The translations under genes were made by a program, and so were the position numbers. The notes under the pieces are model-generated. The model was not told where the DNA came from. It worked only from the letters and a program-made list of their open reading frames with translations, and did no database searches. Shown piece after piece: positions 48,127 to 58,183 of a stretch of DNA of 64,000 bases (position 1 is its first letter; the number at the start of each line of letters is the position of its first letter). This DNA is from an uncultured Alcaligenaceae bacterium (GTDB lineage: Bacteria; Planctomycetota; Planctomycetia; Gemmatales; Gemmataceae), in assembly GCA_964515185.1 (NCBI GenBank), contig CAZESP010000005.1, forward strand, positions 5,787-69,786, given 5' to 3'.

Positions 48127-49713
48127 TCACCGCCGATCCACGAGCCGCACTCGTGTTTGTTGCTCGAACAAGAAAGCCGGCCTCGCGACTTCGAGGAATT
48201 CGGCGTAACGCACAAAGCCTCGCTCCCGCATCGCCCGGTCGCGATCCCGAAGCGGGCGCTTCCAACGCCGCATCGCCCAGCGTTCCAAGGCATCGTGTGC
48301 ATGGCCGGCAAGTGCGTCGTATGTCAGTTTCAGTTGGGGCTTGCCGTCGAAATAGCGGGCGGAAAAATCGAGGACCCTCGCCGCTGTTTCGAGCGCGGGC
48401 GCGAATCGCCCTTGGAATTTCATCTCTCGAATCAATGGCTCTTCCCAGAGAATTCCCGGGCGCATGAAGAGTGGCCCGTCGATCGTCGCGGCTTCCATGC
48501 CCATGCGTGCGGCCACATCCTGCGTCACCATTTCCAAGAACTCCTGGTGCTCATGGCGCGGGGGCGTCCTTTTGTACTCGATCGATAAAACCGCCACGAG
48601 GGCTTGATCGCGCAGGCCTGCCAATAATTCACTTTCCGTCAGAAAATGGCGACGAAGCCAAGCTAGATAATCGGGCGATCGCTCAAGTCCTTGTTTGCGG
48701 CGAAAGGACGAAAGGCGGTAGGCATCACTGGTGATTGCCAGTTGCCGGTGAATGGCTTCGTCAACGGCCAAACAGCAACGCGATACCTGACGAAGGAACT
48801 CGGGGAATGTCGGCGACAACAATCGATGAAACGCCAGCACGATGCGGTCGGGAATGTGGCGATCATTCACGAATTGGCCCGTGTAGTCGCGTTCGAGGAT
48901 TCGGAGATACTTGGTGCGATGATTCGGAACCGCGACGGGTGCCGGCGACGCTTCACCGTTGATGCGGCGAATAATGAGGGCGAGTAATTCGCGGGCGTCG
49001 TCGCGTTTCAAATCGCATGGCTCGGCACGAACGAATTCGCGGAACGCATTCAGGCCGGAGGTGCCGGTTCGGGTCGCCTCGCGAAGCATCACTGAATAGG
49101 TGCGCTCGGTGTAGTGGAGGCGTTTGGCGATTCGCAACAGCGTCATCGCCGCGGCACGCGAGATGACTCCATTCATTCGCGCGATTTTCAGAATGTGGCG
49201 GATGTTGACGAGTGGTTGGGTGAGCGATCGATACCCCTGATCGGAATAGGCATGCCGTACCGCGACTTCGTCGTCGCTGTCGAGGTCGCCATTCTTGAAC
49301 AGGCGATAGATGGTGCCAACACCTTCCATCCCCAAGGTGTCGAGTTCGGCAGCCCGCAACGCTCCGATGCTGGAAGCACCTAAAACGCGGACGCCGTGTG
49401 CCATCGCGAACAAAATCTCCTTGTGGGGGATCGCGGGAACTTGGTGAAAGTAGCCGTCGATGATCGCCAGAATGTCAGGCAGTTGATATGTCGCGCGAAG
49501 AATGTCACCCTGTTGAATCGGCGGACAGATGCGGACGTCGGCTGGTTGACTCGCGAACGCCTCTTCGATTTCCGAGGCGGGGATTGTCGGCCCAACAAAG
49601 ATCCAGACGCGACGAGGTTGCAATGGCGTCTCCGAATCGACAGCATGTAACGATGTTATCCTATGGGCTTCTAAATTGAAAAATGTCGTCGCGAATAGGG
49701 CGCGACAGGTCAT
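48127..49713 (-). CDS. TfuA-like protein with about 280-aa C-terminal extension
   Basis: 'IFVGPTI...IIDGYFHQVPAIPHKEILFAMAHGVRVLGASSIGALRAAELDTLGMEGVGTIYRLFKNGDLDSDDEVAVRH' closely matches the TfuA (PF07812) core consensus. It ends 3 nt before the methylase-fold gene start. Confidence 0.75.
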   Translation of the reverse strand: MTCRALFATTFFNLEAHRITSLHAVDSETPLQPRRVWIFVGPTIPASEIEEAFASQPADVRICPPIQQGDILRATYQLPDILAIIDGYFHQVPAIPHKEILFAMAHGVRVLGASSIGALRAAELDTLGMEGVGTIYRLFKNGDLDSDDEVAVRHAYSDQGYRSLTQPLVNIRHILKIARMNGVISRAAAMTLLRIAKRLHYTERTYSVMLREATRTGTSGLNAFREFVRAEPCDLKRDDARELLALIIRRINGEASPAPVAVPNHRTKYLRILERDYTGQFVNDRHIPDRIVLAFHRLLSPTFPEFLRQVSRCCLAVDEAIHRQLAITSDAYRLSSFRRKQGLERSPDYLAWLRRHFLTESELLAGLRDQALVAVLSIEYKRTPPRHEHQEFLEMVTQDVAARMGMEAATIDGPLFMRPGILWEEPLIREMKFQGRFAPALETAARVLDFSARYFDGKPQLKLTYDALAGHAHDALERWAMRRWKRPLRDRDRAMRERGFVRYAEFLEVARPAFLFEQQTRVRLVDRR

Positions 49714-49774
49714 AGGATGGGAATGTTACCCAGCGACTGCTGGTAGAACTCGTAGCGAGAAAGCGACCATTTCC

Positions 49775-50422
49775 GTGCCCGATGTCACGCAGATTCTGAA
49801 CGCGATCGAAGCCGGCGACCCGCACGCGGTATCGCAACTGTTGCCGCTGGTTTATGACGAACTTCGGCGTCTCGCGGCGGCGCACATGGCTCGCGAGAAG
49901 CCGGGGCAGACCCTCGATGCCACGGCCTTGGTGCACGAGGCGTATTTGCGATTGGTCAGCGGGCCGGGGGCGTCAGCCCTCGGAAGAAATGGAGGAATTG
50001 CCGAACTCGCAGCATTTCCTCCGAGGGCTGACGCCCCCGGCTCGCCGAATTTCGCGAATCGGCGCCATTTCTTCGCGGCCGCCGCTGAAGCGATGCGACG
50101 CATCCTTGTTGAACAAGCGCGACGCAAGCGACGGATCAAGCATGCCGGCGGCTGGCAACGTACCGACCATCTCACCGGACTTCTTGGCGCCGCGGAACCC
50201 GATGACGACCTGATCGCGCTTGATGCCGCCCTGAGCGAATTTAGGCAACGCTACCCCGTGCATGCTCGCCTCGTGGATCTGCGTTTCTTCGCGGGGCTGA
50301 CCGGCGACGAAGCTGCGGCACTGCTGGGGATTTCCGCCCGCACCGCTGATCGCCATTGGGTGTTCGCCCGTGCTTGGTTGCGCCGCAAGATTCAATGTGG
50401 CGAAGCCCCAAAAAATTCTTGA
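49775..50422 (+). CDS. RNA polymerase sigma factor, ECF type (ECF-STK-associated subgroup)
   Basis: 'DVTQILNAIEAGDPHAVSQLLPLVYDELRRLA' is a Planctomycete ECF N-terminus. Region 4 'LTGDEAAALLGISARTADRHWVFARAWLR'. The start is put at an internal GTG; the ORF is open from 49676. Confidence 0.75.
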   Translation: MPDVTQILNAIEAGDPHAVSQLLPLVYDELRRLAAAHMAREKPGQTLDATALVHEAYLRLVSGPGASALGRNGGIAELAAFPPRADAPGSPNFANRRHFFAAAAEAMRRILVEQARRKRRIKHAGGWQRTDHLTGLLGAAEPDDDLIALDAALSEFRQRYPVHARLVDLRFFAGLTGDEAAALLGISARTADRHWVFARAWLRRKIQCGEAPKNS

Positions 50423-50486
50423 CGCCAAACGCCGGTTTCTGTCGCATTACTCAAGGTGACCGATTCCCAACGTCGTGAGGCTGGCA

Positions 50487-53400
50487 ATGAACGAGGAAAG
50501 CCTATTCCACGAGGCATTGGCACGACCCAATCGCGAGGACCGCGACCGCTTCCTCGCCGAGGCTTGTGCGGGGAAACCCGATATGCGAGCGGCCGTCGAG
50601 GCCCTTTTGGCTGCCCACGAGCAATCGGGCGAATTCCTGGCCCGACCCGCGACGATGGATCCGGCTGTTTCACCGTTTGATGAAACGGCCGGCCGCAATG
50701 CCTCGACCGACCCGGAGAGTCTCCCGCCGGTTCCTTCGGGTCCGATTCCGGCGAAGATTGGCCGCTACGAGGTCCGGGAACTTCTCGGACGCGGTGGCAT
50801 GGGCGAGGTCTATCTGGCACACGACCCTGAATTGGATCGACTCGTCGCCCTGAAAGTCCCGAAACTCGATAGCCCCGACTCCGAGGATCGCTTCCTTCGC
50901 GAGGCCCGCGCGGCGGCGGCCGTGACGCATCCGAATCTTTGCACCGTCCACGACGCCGGTCGCGCCGATGGCGTCCTCTACCTCGCCATGGCCTACATCC
51001 CCGGAAAGACACTGACGCGACTCATTAAGAAGGGCGGGCCGTTGCCGATACCACGGGCGGCGGAAATGACGATCAAGATTGCGCGCGGCATGGCTGAGGC
51101 TCATCGCCACGGCATCGTGCATCGCGACCTCAAACCGGGCAATATTCTTCTGGATCGGCAGGGCGAGCCGGTCGTCACCGATTTCGGGTTGGCGATGCGG
51201 GCCGACGTTTCCGAAGCCACCGTCGATCCGGACGCGACCTTGGACCCGAACCCACGTCTGACTCAGGCCGGCGCTCTAATGGGAACGCCGTCCTACATGC
51301 CGCCGGAGCAAGCTCGCGGTGACCTCGACAAGATCGGCCCGGCCAGCGATGTCTACTCGCTCGGTGCGATCTTTTTTCAATTGGTCACGGGGCGAACGCC
51401 GTTTATTGCCGATTCAGTGCCGTCGCTCCTCGAAAAGATCAAAGTCGAACCCGCGCCGTTGCCCTCGCAGGTCAAGCCCGGAGTCTCGCCGAAAGTCGAT
51501 GCCATTTGCTGCAAGGCGTTAGCCAAGGATCCCGCCGAGCGGTTCCCATCCATGGAGGCATTTGCCGACGCGCTCCTGCCCCTGGCGACCAGCGGCGGCA
51601 ACCCATGGCGGGTCCGCATGGCCATTGCGGCTGCCGCTTTCTTCCTCGCCATTGTCGCCGGCGTCATTTTTTACGTGAAGACCGATCACGGCACCGTTGA
51701 GGTTCGGCTCAGCGACACATCGGCCGATGTCCAAGTTACGGTCGATGGCGACGAGATTCAGGTCAACGACAAGGGCCGTGTCACCCGCCTTCGCACCGGG
51801 CCGCACGCCCTGCAAGTGTCGGGGCCGAACTATCAAACCGAAACGAAACTGTTCAAGGTCACGCGCGGCCAGACAACCTTGGTCGAGATCGAGTTGAAAC
51901 CGAAGACGGTCGTGGCCGAAGTCCCCAAGAATTCACCTTTCGTGGTGCCTGCCAAGCTTGAGCGACTTGCGGCGTTATTGCGGACCGGGAGTGAATTCAT
52001 CGAGCGTGGACTTTTCATGGAGGTGGGACGAGTCGCTGACGAATCGCTGGTCATCGACCCGGAATCGCCAACCGCCTTGGCCTATCGCGCCACGTTCCGA
52101 TATGGCAAGCGTGACGCCGAAGGTGCTCGTGCCGACGTGACGGCGGCTCTCAAGCTCAACCCCAACACGTTTCAAGCGCTCATCGTTCGCGGCTTGCTCA
52201 ACATCGATGACGGAGTGCTGCTGAGCAAGCCGGAAATGGTGGATGAGGCGATCGCTGACAATACCGAAGCCATCCGAATCAGACCCTCAGCCATGATCCC
52301 TTGGGCGAATCGCGGATATGCCTATCTGCTCCGCGGCGAGTTCCATCAGGCGATCGCCGATTCGACCGAGGCGATCCGGCTTGGCGATAAGCGCCCCAAC
52401 GCGTGGCAAACACGCGGCGGCGCCTATGCCATTCTCGGCGACTATCCCAAGTCCCTCGCGGATTATCAGAATGCGGCGCAGGTCGATCCCAGCTTGGCAA
52501 AAATCCAGCTTCAATTGTCGGCTGTTTACGCCAAGATGAAGGATTTCGCTAAATCGACCGAACACTGGAACCTCGCGCGGAAACTCGATTCCACGATCAA
52601 CGACTCTCATCGCATCGTGTTCGATGATCCCCCCAAGCCGATCGAGCGCAAGAAACTGACGCCCGAACAAGCCAAAGACTTGGAACAAGCCTTGGCCAGG
52701 TTCGAGCAAGCATGGTCAAAGAAGGACTTGAAAGCCTGCGAACAGGCCGCCGAAGATGCCTGCCGAATTGACCTGACCTGCGCCGGCGCCCGCTCAGCAC
52801 GTGCCCGAATCTGGGCGCCGCAGGGGCGACTAAAGGAGGCGATCGCCGAGGCTACCGAGGCCATTCGACTCGATCCCAACGACGCATGGGCATATTCCAT
52901 ACGCGGGTATGCGAGGAACGAATCGAAAAACCATGCCGGGGCGATCGCCGATCAGACGATTGCATTGCGGCTCGATCCGAAAAAAACCAATACGTGGAAC
53001 GATCGCGGATTTGCTTACCTCCAGCGTGGTCAACGACTGCAGGCGATCGCGGATTTCAATGAGGCGCTTCGACTCAATCCCAACTTTGACTTGGCGCTCG
53101 CCAATCGGGGGCGGTGTTATCTCGAGTTGGGTGAGACCCAGAAGGCATTGGACGATCATGAACGTCTCGCAGCGATGAAGCCCGCAAGTGCCCTATTGCG
53201 ACTCTTGATCGCCGCGATTCGGGCGAGGCTCGGCGATTTCCAAGGAGCACAAAAGGATCGTGAGACGGCCATCGCGATGGACGCGAATTTGAAGGACGCC
53301 CCTGAGATCACGCTGCCCCCGCCGTTGCCGGCCATCAAACGAGATCCCGAACCAGCCGACCCCAAGGCTACAGTTACCCCGGCAGTGAATCGCGACCGAC

Positions 53401-54767
53401 TGGCGCAACTGCTGGCCCAGGGTCGCAAGCTCATCAACAACGAACGTTACGACACCCTCGGCGCCATTGCCGACGAAGCGCTGAAAATCGATCTCGAATC
53501 ACCGACGGCATTGGCGTATCGAGCCACCTTTCGGCTTGTCGTTCAGGCCGATCGAGCCGGCGCTTTGACCGACGCTGAGGCAGCACTGAAGCTCAATCCC
53601 GAGACCCATCAGGCTTTTACGGTGCGGAGCGTCCTTCGGGGATTCGAGGGGAACGTCGATGGGGCGATCGCTGATCTCACCATCGTCACGCGACTCAATT
53701 CGGCGCACCCCGGGCCTTATTCCAATCGCGCCCATGCCTACTTCCTGAAAAAGGAATATCGCCAAGCAGTGGCCGACGCCACGAAGGCAATCGAGTTGGG
53801 TTTTCGCGGCCCCTCGCCGTGGGGAACGCGAGGTAGTTGTCACGTCTATCTGGGGGAGTACGAAAAAGCCCTGGCCGACCACGATCAGTTCATCAAGTTA
53901 CAACCCGGCGATCCTCAGGTTTTCGTCCAGCGTTCCGCAATCCATGCCAAACTCGGCAATGTGGTCAAATCAGCGGCCGACTGGGACATGGCGAAGAAGC
54001 TCAATCCGAGACTCACGGAGGATGATCGCCTCCCAATTCCGCCGCCGCCAAAGCCGCCCGAGCGCAAGAAACTGACTCCCGCCGAAGTCGATGCTTTCGC
54101 GACAGCGATCAACGAAGCTCAGACCGCGCTGCCGCAGTTCCGGATCGAAGATTGCCGAAAGGCGACGGCAGAAGCGTTGCGCATCGACCCGACGTCGGCG
54201 CTGGCGCATTCCATTCAGGCTCGGTTGCACGCGACCACTGGACAGTTCGAGCAAGCCCGGATGGAGGCCGACGAGGCGATCCGGCTCGATCCGAACGACG
54301 CTTGGGCCTATGTTGTTCGAGGCGGCTGCAAGGCGAATCGCAAGGATCTCATGGGGGCCATCGCCGACTACTGCATCGCGATTCGACTCGATCCCAACAA
54401 TTCCTCCGCATGGTCGAATCGGGGAGATGATTATCTTCGATTGGGACAGGTTCACCAGGCCCTCAGCGATGCGAACAAAGCGATTCGATTGCGACCGGAT
54501 CTCGGGCAGGCCTTTGCCAATCGCGGCGCCTGCTTCATGCGCTTCGGAGAATATGACAAGGCCCTCGCCGAATATGTGAAGGCTGCCGAGTTCCAGCCGA
54601 AGAGTGCTCAAATGCGTCGTATCTGTGCGACACTGTTCGCGAAGCTGGGTCGGAACGAGGAGTCAAAGAAATATCGTGATGCCGCCATCGCCATCGACCC
54701 GCGCTACAAAGACGCCAAGGACATGACGATCCCCGCTCCGTTGCCGCCGTTGAAGATCGACCCGTAG
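50487..54767 (+). CDS. serine/threonine protein kinase with TM segment and very long TPR array containing an internal duplication
   Basis: 'HRDLKPGNILL', 'DFG', 'PPE'. TM 'MAIAAAAFFLAIVAGVIFYV'. More than 20 TPR-like repeats. Two blocks of about 440 aa are clearly paralogous. Confidence 0.85.
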   Translation: MNEESLFHEALARPNREDRDRFLAEACAGKPDMRAAVEALLAAHEQSGEFLARPATMDPAVSPFDETAGRNASTDPESLPPVPSGPIPAKIGRYEVRELLGRGGMGEVYLAHDPELDRLVALKVPKLDSPDSEDRFLREARAAAAVTHPNLCTVHDAGRADGVLYLAMAYIPGKTLTRLIKKGGPLPIPRAAEMTIKIARGMAEAHRHGIVHRDLKPGNILLDRQGEPVVTDFGLAMRADVSEATVDPDATLDPNPRLTQAGALMGTPSYMPPEQARGDLDKIGPASDVYSLGAIFFQLVTGRTPFIADSVPSLLEKIKVEPAPLPSQVKPGVSPKVDAICCKALAKDPAERFPSMEAFADALLPLATSGGNPWRVRMAIAAAAFFLAIVAGVIFYVKTDHGTVEVRLSDTSADVQVTVDGDEIQVNDKGRVTRLRTGPHALQVSGPNYQTETKLFKVTRGQTTLVEIELKPKTVVAEVPKNSPFVVPAKLERLAALLRTGSEFIERGLFMEVGRVADESLVIDPESPTALAYRATFRYGKRDAEGARADVTAALKLNPNTFQALIVRGLLNIDDGVLLSKPEMVDEAIADNTEAIRIRPSAMIPWANRGYAYLLRGEFHQAIADSTEAIRLGDKRPNAWQTRGGAYAILGDYPKSLADYQNAAQVDPSLAKIQLQLSAVYAKMKDFAKSTEHWNLARKLDSTINDSHRIVFDDPPKPIERKKLTPEQAKDLEQALARFEQAWSKKDLKACEQAAEDACRIDLTCAGARSARARIWAPQGRLKEAIAEATEAIRLDPNDAWAYSIRGYARNESKNHAGAIADQTIALRLDPKKTNTWNDRGFAYLQRGQRLQAIADFNEALRLNPNFDLALANRGRCYLELGETQKALDDHERLAAMKPASALLRLLIAAIRARLGDFQGAQKDRETAIAMDANLKDAPEITLPPPLPAIKRDPEPADPKATVTPAVNRDRLAQLLAQGRKLINNERYDTLGAIADEALKIDLESPTALAYRATFRLVVQADRAGALTDAEAALKLNPETHQAFTVRSVLRGFEGNVDGAIADLTIVTRLNSAHPGPYSNRAHAYFLKKEYRQAVADATKAIELGFRGPSPWGTRGSCHVYLGEYEKALADHDQFIKLQPGDPQVFVQRSAIHAKLGNVVKSAADWDMAKKLNPRLTEDDRLPIPPPPKPPERKKLTPAEVDAFATAINEAQTALPQFRIEDCRKATAEALRIDPTSALAHSIQARLHATTGQFEQARMEADEAIRLDPNDAWAYVVRGGCKANRKDLMGAIADYCIAIRLDPNNSSAWSNRGDDYLRLGQVHQALSDANKAIRLRPDLGQAFANRGACFMRFGEYDKALAEYVKAAEFQPKSAQMRRICATLFAKLGRNEESKKYRDAAIAIDPRYKDAKDMTIPAPLPPLKIDP

Positions 54768-54846
54768 ACCGCGCGTGGTCACGAGCACGCAGCGCAAGCA
54801 AGTGATGGCTCGAACACTTGATGGCGCGTCGTGCTCGAACACCGGC

Positions 54847-55287
54847 TCAAACCACCGCCGGCAACACATCGCGCTCGTCGAGGTTCCAGACTGATGGCGT
54901 CGCCAATTCCAAGAGATTCCCGGCAGGGTCGCGGAAATAGATCGAGTGGCCACCGCCCGGCCAAGCGACCTCCGACTCGATGGCCACGTCCGCTTCGTGC
55001 AATCGCTTCCGCCACGGGTCGATCTCGCTTGCGCCGACCGCGAAGGCCATGTGACTCGGTCCGGTGGCCCCATGTCGTGACATGGACCGGCCGTCGACTT
55101 CCACAATCTCCGTTAATGTCGAAATCGGGTTGAAGACGAGGAACATCCCGCGGCCGCATCGGAAAAAAACATGACGGCCGGGTTGCTTCGCGAAGACGGT
55201 GAGGCCCATCACTTCCGAATAGAATCGCTCGGCGGCGTCGAGGTCGTGAGCGTACAAACACGTTTCAAGGATACCGCCCGGAGTCAT
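54847..55287 (-). CDS. VOC family (glyoxalase/bleomycin-resistance fold) protein
   Basis: 'LETCLYAHDLDAAERFYSEVMGL', 'HMAFAV' and 'GHSIYFRDPAGNLLEL' form two beta-alpha-beta-beta-beta modules. Confidence 0.7.
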   Translation of the reverse strand: MTPGGILETCLYAHDLDAAERFYSEVMGLTVFAKQPGRHVFFRCGRGMFLVFNPISTLTEIVEVDGRSMSRHGATGPSHMAFAVGASEIDPWRKRLHEADVAIESEVAWPGGGHSIYFRDPAGNLLELATPSVWNLDERDVLPAVV

Positions 55288-56105
55288 TGCCGGCCCCTGC
55301 GGGAATTCGAGAATGCTTGCGTAAACGATTCGACCATCGTCGTCGCTCCGGGCGTGAGGAAGTCCAAGCCAAATCCAACAATGGCGAAGGTCACCGAAAT
55401 TGCAAACGCGACCTTCCACGTTCGACCGATGGCGCTGCTCAGCCATTCTTGCGTCGAGGGCGGCCGAAACCTGGCGGCGACGCCCGCGACCAGCACGCCA
55501 TCGACGATCAACTCAGCCATGAGCATTGGTGCTTCAACCAAGATAAACAAACTACCGATAAGGGCGACCAGGATGCCAATTCCGACAAGCACGCCGATGG
55601 CGACCAACACGCCATCGGCATCAATGTCGATACCGCCCAGCGACACGCCATCCGATTTTCCTCCGCCCTCACCGGCTGTGGGAACAGACAGGCTGACCCC
55701 GGGAGTCACTGTGTTTTCGCGACGATTCTGCATGACCATGCGGAGATCGAAAAGCGGATCATGGGTCGGATCAACGACAGGCGTGGCGGCGACCGTGGTG
55801 TCGGCAGCGTCCACAAGCTCTTCGGGAACGGTCGGCAGATCGACATGGGTTCGGGCTCGCCGCCGAATCGTTGAAAGCCAAATGCCCAGCACGCCGACGA
55901 AGACGCCGTAGCCAAGAATGACTGAGATGGGGTAGCGAATACCCATCGAGTTCGAGCCCAGAACGTGAAGCCCTTTGGATGTCAGAAAGGCCGACATCCC
56001 GGCGGCGATCAGCACGAGCAGCATGAATCCGCGCGAATCACCCTTGCGATGTAGCAGCGACTGAACCCGTCGAATGGCTCTATTGCGACGACTTATCTGG
56101 CTCAT
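55284..56105 (-). CDS. hypothetical membrane protein
   Basis: Several hydrophobic helices. 4-nt overlap with the VOC gene start. Confidence 0.45.
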   Translation of the reverse strand: MSQISRRNRAIRRVQSLLHRKGDSRGFMLLVLIAAGMSAFLTSKGLHVLGSNSMGIRYPISVILGYGVFVGVLGIWLSTIRRRARTHVDLPTVPEELVDAADTTVAATPVVDPTHDPLFDLRMVMQNRRENTVTPGVSLSVPTAGEGGGKSDGVSLGGIDIDADGVLVAIGVLVGIGILVALIGSLFILVEAPMLMAELIVDGVLVAGVAARFRPPSTQEWLSSAIGRTWKVAFAISVTFAIVGFGLDFLTPGATTMVESFTQAFSNSRRGRQ

Positions 56106-56268
56106 GCCACACCTCGCTAGCAAATGGGCGTCGGGCGCTTCACCAGTGCCCCTGATGGCTTGGCAGAACGGACACCGGTAACCGAGATTACCGTTGTGCT
56201 TGTCAAGATTCTATGCTTGAGAGTCGACGTATACTCAGATAGGCGATCGAATCTCTTTGGAGCGAGCG

Positions 56269-57054
56269 ATGGTTGACACGATCCTGCCGGCGAACCTGGA
56301 CCCTTCGTCGTCGCATTGGGGAATCAATGGCGGGCGCGCCGCGCCGGACGTCATTCGCTTCCTCCAAGGTCCCCAGCGGCGCGGGTTCGAGTTTGTACGC
56401 GCCATTCGCGTCTTTGGAGAGTTGATTAAAGGCTTCCGATCGCTCCATTTCGTTGGGCCCTGTGTCACGGTGTTTGGATCGGCGCGGTTTAGTGAAACTC
56501 ACCCCTACTATCATTTGTCGCGTTCGGTGGGAAACAGATTCGCCAAAGCCGGCTTTACCGTGATGACCGGGGGCGGGCCCGGCGTCATGGAAGGGGCCAA
56601 TCGCGGCGCCCGAGAGGCCGGCGGCAAGTCTATCGGTTGCAATATCCAGCTACCCAAAGAGCAGAAACCCAACCCGTACCTCGATCAGTGGATCACCTTT
56701 CGATACTTCTTCGTTCGCAAGCTCATGTTGGTCAAATACAGTTATGCGTTTATCGTCTTGCCCGGCGGCTACGGCACGATGGATGAGTTGTTTGAAGTGG
56801 CGACGCTGATTCAAACGGGAAAAGTCCATGATTTCCCCGTGGCGCTCATGGGCGTCGAGTATTGGCGCCCGATGCTCGACTTTCTTCGCGATACCATGGT
56901 CCGTGTGGGGACGATTGACCCGATGGACGTGGACCGCTTCATCGTCAGCGACAACCCCGACGAAGTCGTCGAAGCCATAACGAATATCGGCATGAAGCGA
57001 TTTGGCTTGACCTACGGGCCAAAGCTGAAGCGACGTTGGTATTTCGGGGAGTAA
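56269..57054 (+). CDS. LOG family protein (TIGR00730; cytokinin riboside 5'-monophosphate phosphoribohydrolase-like)
   Basis: 'VFGSARF', 'TGGGPGVMEGANRGA' and 'LPGGYGTMDELFE' are LOG-family motifs. Confidence 0.8.
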   Translation: MVDTILPANLDPSSSHWGINGGRAAPDVIRFLQGPQRRGFEFVRAIRVFGELIKGFRSLHFVGPCVTVFGSARFSETHPYYHLSRSVGNRFAKAGFTVMTGGGPGVMEGANRGAREAGGKSIGCNIQLPKEQKPNPYLDQWITFRYFFVRKLMLVKYSYAFIVLPGGYGTMDELFEVATLIQTGKVHDFPVALMGVEYWRPMLDFLRDTMVRVGTIDPMDVDRFIVSDNPDEVVEAITNIGMKRFGLTYGPKLKRRWYFGE

Positions 57055-57058
57055 CGCG

Positions 57059-57499
57059 TCACCGTCGCCTGATTTTGGGAGTTTCGCACAGCGGCGTACT
57101 CTCCGAGGGTTCGGCGATAACCTCGGCGAGTGTGGTGTTGCGGAAGGCATTTTCAAACGATGCCAAGGCGTCGTCGAGCCGGCGATGCAGCGGGCAAAGT
57201 CGCACTCCATGCGATGCCAACCCCAGGGGACAGGTGCGGATTCGGGCAATCGGATCGACCGCGTTCACCACCTCAAGGATCGTCAATTCATCCGGCTTTT
57301 TCGTCAGTGTCATGCCGCCACCGGCACCGCGTTGCGAATGAACGATCCCCGCCCGACACAGACTTTGCAAAACCTTCGACAAATAGGCTCGGGGCACCCG
57401 TGTCGCTTCGGCGATTTGATCCGTGGTCCTGCCTTCGGGTGTCTGATCGGCGAGAAAGACGACGGCTCGCAAGGCATACTCAACCGTCTGGGATATCAT
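57059..57499 (-). CDS. Rrf2 family transcriptional regulator
   Basis: 'MISQTVEYALRAVVFLA' wHTH N-terminus. C-terminal Cys residues ('RTCPLG...RLCPLH') suggest an Fe-S or redox sensor. The start is at the internal ATG. Confidence 0.8.
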   Translation of the reverse strand: MISQTVEYALRAVVFLADQTPEGRTTDQIAEATRVPRAYLSKVLQSLCRAGIVHSQRGAGGGMTLTKKPDELTILEVVNAVDPIARIRTCPLGLASHGVRLCPLHRRLDDALASFENAFRNTTLAEVIAEPSESTPLCETPKIRRR

Positions 57500-57566
57500 G
57501 GGCCACCTCGGCCGGGCAAAAATAGGATCTTGACATCCATTATAGACGCGGTATCCTCTTCTGAAG

Positions 57567-57582
57567 TGGATAATCTTATCCA
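57567..57582. promoter_or_regulatory. perfect palindrome TGGATAA-tc-TTATCCA in the divergent promoter region; candidate Rrf2 operator
   Basis: Lies between the Rrf2 regulator (-) and the heme protein (+). A second imperfect palindrome GGATcttgacATCC is at about 57525-57538. Confidence 0.4.
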
Positions 57583-57654
57583 ATATCGGCGCGGCTCGGC
57601 GGTAACCTACGCTCGGCGCGCGTCCCACCTGTTGACCCCATTGTGAGGTAAGGC

Positions 57655-58170
57655 ATGTCACCATTGCGTCGCTTGCTTCTGTCTATCGTTGTTGTCGCCG
57701 CTGGATTCGCGCTGATTCCCGTTCAAGGCGCCGATCCAAAACGACCGGATAATGCCGCCATCGAACGGGCGCGGACCACGGTCAAGATTCTCGACGATGC
57801 CTACAAGGCCGCGGTGATCAGTGTGACGGAGCATTACGTCGAACAGCAGCAAGACACGCCCGCCGCCGTCGTTGCCAAGGATGTGTTCAAGCACATGAAG
57901 GCGAAGGGCTGGCACGGCGGGCGACTCATTGACGCTACCGGCAAGCCGAAGAACAAAGAGAACCTTCCCAAGTCCGACTTCGAGAAAACCGCCGTGGAGA
58001 AGATGAAGGCTGGTGCCCAATACTACGACGAAGTTGCCGAGGTTGAGGGCAAGCCCGTGTTGCAAGCCGCAACCATCGTCCCGGTCGTCTTGAAGCAGTG
58101 CGCGACCTGTCACGGGAAAAAAGAAGGGACGCTTTTGGGGGCGATCATCTACGAGTTGCCGATCAAGTGA
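57655..58170 (+). CDS. secreted c-type heme protein, Tll0287-like (DUF3365) family
   Basis: Signal peptide. C-terminal 'CATCHG' CxxCH heme-binding motif. Size and motif position match DUF3365. Confidence 0.6.
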   Translation: MSPLRRLLLSIVVVAAGFALIPVQGADPKRPDNAAIERARTTVKILDDAYKAAVISVTEHYVEQQQDTPAAVVAKDVFKHMKAKGWHGGRLIDATGKPKNKENLPKSDFEKTAVEKMKAGAQYYDEVAEVEGKPVLQAATIVPVVLKQCATCHGKKEGTLLGAIIYELPIK

Positions 58171-58183
58171 CCTGAGTGAGCGT

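Noticed and set aside
49676-49774. TTG-initiated N-terminal extension of the ECF sigma factor
   Set aside because: The conserved sigma N-terminus begins near 'VPDVTQIL'. The extension reads through the divergent promoter shared with the TfuA-like gene.
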